A DNA stretch of 64,000 nt from the NCBI GenBank assembly GCA_963849005.1, contig CAWKGC010000021.1, positions 2,892-66,891 of the forward strand, in the 5' to 3' direction. This document shows positions 62,803 to 64,000 of the stretch, piece after piece; position 1 is the first letter of the stretch, and each line of letters opens with the position of its first letter. The DNA comes from an uncultured beta proteobacterium. GTDB lineage: Bacteria; Pseudomonadota; Gammaproteobacteria; Burkholderiales; Usitatibacteraceae. The position numbers and the translations under genes were made by a program. Below the pieces are notes generated by a model. The model ran no database searches. It worked only from the letters and a program-made list of their open reading frames with translations, and was not told the origin of the DNA.

Positions 62803-63252
62803 TCAGTCGCTGCCGGTGGAGCCGAAGCCGCCGGCGCCCCGCGCGCTTTCCTCGAAGGAATCGACCACGTTGAGTTTCACCTGCATGACGGGAACGACCA
62901 CGAGCTGCGCGATGCGCTCCATCGGGTTGAGTGCGAAGGGCTCCCTGCCGCGGTTCCAGCAGGAGACGAACACCTGCCCCTGGTAGTCGGAATCGATCAG
63001 GCCGACGAGGTTGCCGAGCACGATGCCGTGCTTGTGCCCGAGGCCCGAGCGCGGGATGACGATTGCCGCGAGCCCCGGATCGGCGAGGTGGATGGCGAGG
63101 CCCGAAGGCACCAGCACGGTCTCGCCGGGATGGAGCGTGAGCGGCGCCTCGATGCAGGCGCGCAGGTCGAGGCCCGCGGAACCGGATGTCGCATAGGCGG
63201 GCATCTGGTCCTTCAGCCGCGGGTCGAGGATCTTGATGTCGAGGGTCGTCAT
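62803..63252 (-). CDS. dut: dUTP diphosphatase
   Basis: ...[13 protein letters not shown]...[26 protein letters not shown]...[10 protein letters not shown]. Confidence 0.95.
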   Translation of the reverse strand: MTTLDIKILDPRLKDQMPAYATSGSAGLDLRACIEAPLTLHPGETVLVPSGLAIHLADPGLAAIVIPRSGLGHKHGIVLGNLVGLIDSDYQGQVFVSCWNRGREPFALNPMERIAQLVVVPVMQVKLNVVDSFEESARGAGGFGSTGSD

Positions 63253-63316
63253 TTTTTCAGGGCAAGTCGGGCGCGTCCGGCGCTTCGCGCAGGCCGCGGT
63301 GAAAGGGAAACGGGAG

Positions 63317-64000
63317 TCAGGAAGCCTGCTTGAATGGCTTCACGTTCGTGCCGGCACGCAGCGCATCCATCAGCGCGCAGGCGTGCTCGACAAGCTGGCG
63401 CGCGATGACGGACTTGGCGGCGCGGCCGAGGTGGTGCGCGCCCGCGTCGTCGTAGATGGTGACCTCGTTCTCGTCCTTGCCGATGGCATCCTGCACGAGG
63501 TTGGCGACGATCATCGGCACTTTCTTCTTCGCGCGCTTGGCCTGGGCATATTGCGCGATGTTCTCGCTCTCGGCCGCGAAACCGACGCAGAAGGGCGCAT
63601 CGGGCTGCGCGGCGGCCCAGGCGAGGATGTCTTCGGTGGGCTTCAATTCGAGCGTCATCGCTTCGCGCGATTTCTTCAGCTTGGTGCCCAATCGCGCCAC
63701 GGGCGTATAGTCGGCGACCGCGGCGACGCTGAAGAACAAGTCAACGCCGGCGAAATGTCGCCTTGACTGCCGCGAACATCTCGGCAGCGCTGGTCACGTC
63801 GATGCGCGGCATCCTGGCCGGCGCCGCAAGCGCGGTCGGGCCGCTCACCAGCGTCACCTCCGCGCCGAGTGCCGCGGCAGCTTCGGCGATCGCATAGCCC
63901 ATCTTCCCCGAGCTTGAATTGGTGATGCCGCGCACCGTGTCGATCGCCTCGAAAGTCGGGCCGGCGGTGACCAGCACGCGCTTTCCCGCGAGGCGCTTCG
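63317..64000 (-). pseudogene. coaBC: bifunctional phosphopantothenoylcysteine decarboxylase / phosphopantothenate--cysteine ligase, CoaB part; 5' end outside the window; one frameshift near 63745
   Basis: [32 protein letters not shown] (ORF 63741..63977), then ...FFSVAAVADYTP...KKSREAMTLELKPTEDIL... (ORF 63317..63739). Confidence 0.85.

Overview
This is a GC-rich proteobacterial chromosomal segment. The trxA-rho-rpmE2 order and a Bug/TctC-family binding protein suggest Betaproteobacteria, but that is inference only. I recognised no rRNA, tRNA, CRISPR array, transposase, integrase or prophage gene.

Layout:
- 1-10.4 kb: an intact fatty-acid beta-oxidation island. It holds two thiolases, two multifunctional FadB-type enzymes with opposite domain order, an acyl-CoA ligase, two hotdog thioesterases, an alpha/beta hydrolase and a GNAT.
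- 10.5-17.5 kb: a compact four-gene envelope module (DUF1302 outer-membrane protein, DUF1329 LolA-like protein, six-Asp-box BNR/Ycf48-like propeller, RND/MMPL-type pump). It has its own AT-richer upstream region and a strong terminator. This is my best candidate for an under-described system, probably hydrophobic or acyl substrate trafficking.
- 17.6-64 kb: ordinary housekeeping and accessory genes. These include MOSC, an SPFH plus zinc-ribbon pair, Prx5, an SDR, a Y-family polymerase plus GAF/MsrC, oligopeptidase B, two EamA transporters and fhs. Further along are a Ser/Thr kinase fused to a cNMP-binding domain, glcD-glcD2-glcE-GST-glcF, LysR regulators, a GT39/ArnT-like transferase, rpmE2, rho, trxA, fdxA and a cytochrome bd oxidase. 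The segment ends with an AddB/AddA-like nuclease-helicase pair, tctC, yceH, srkA, ybiB, dut and coaBC.

The most striking sequence-level feature is that the first 17.4 kb has no broken genes, whereas the rest carries dozens of single-base frameshifts concentrated in patches (about 36.8-40.4, 42.0-43.6, 44.8-45.8 and 51.3-54.2 kb). These include the normally essential rho. I read this as more likely unpolished sequence or assembly error than biology.

Three repeat families are present:
- an 80-bp long-hairpin element, three loci, one of them nested;
- 27-28-bp REP-like hairpins in two stem variants;
- a 39-bp tandem repeat.
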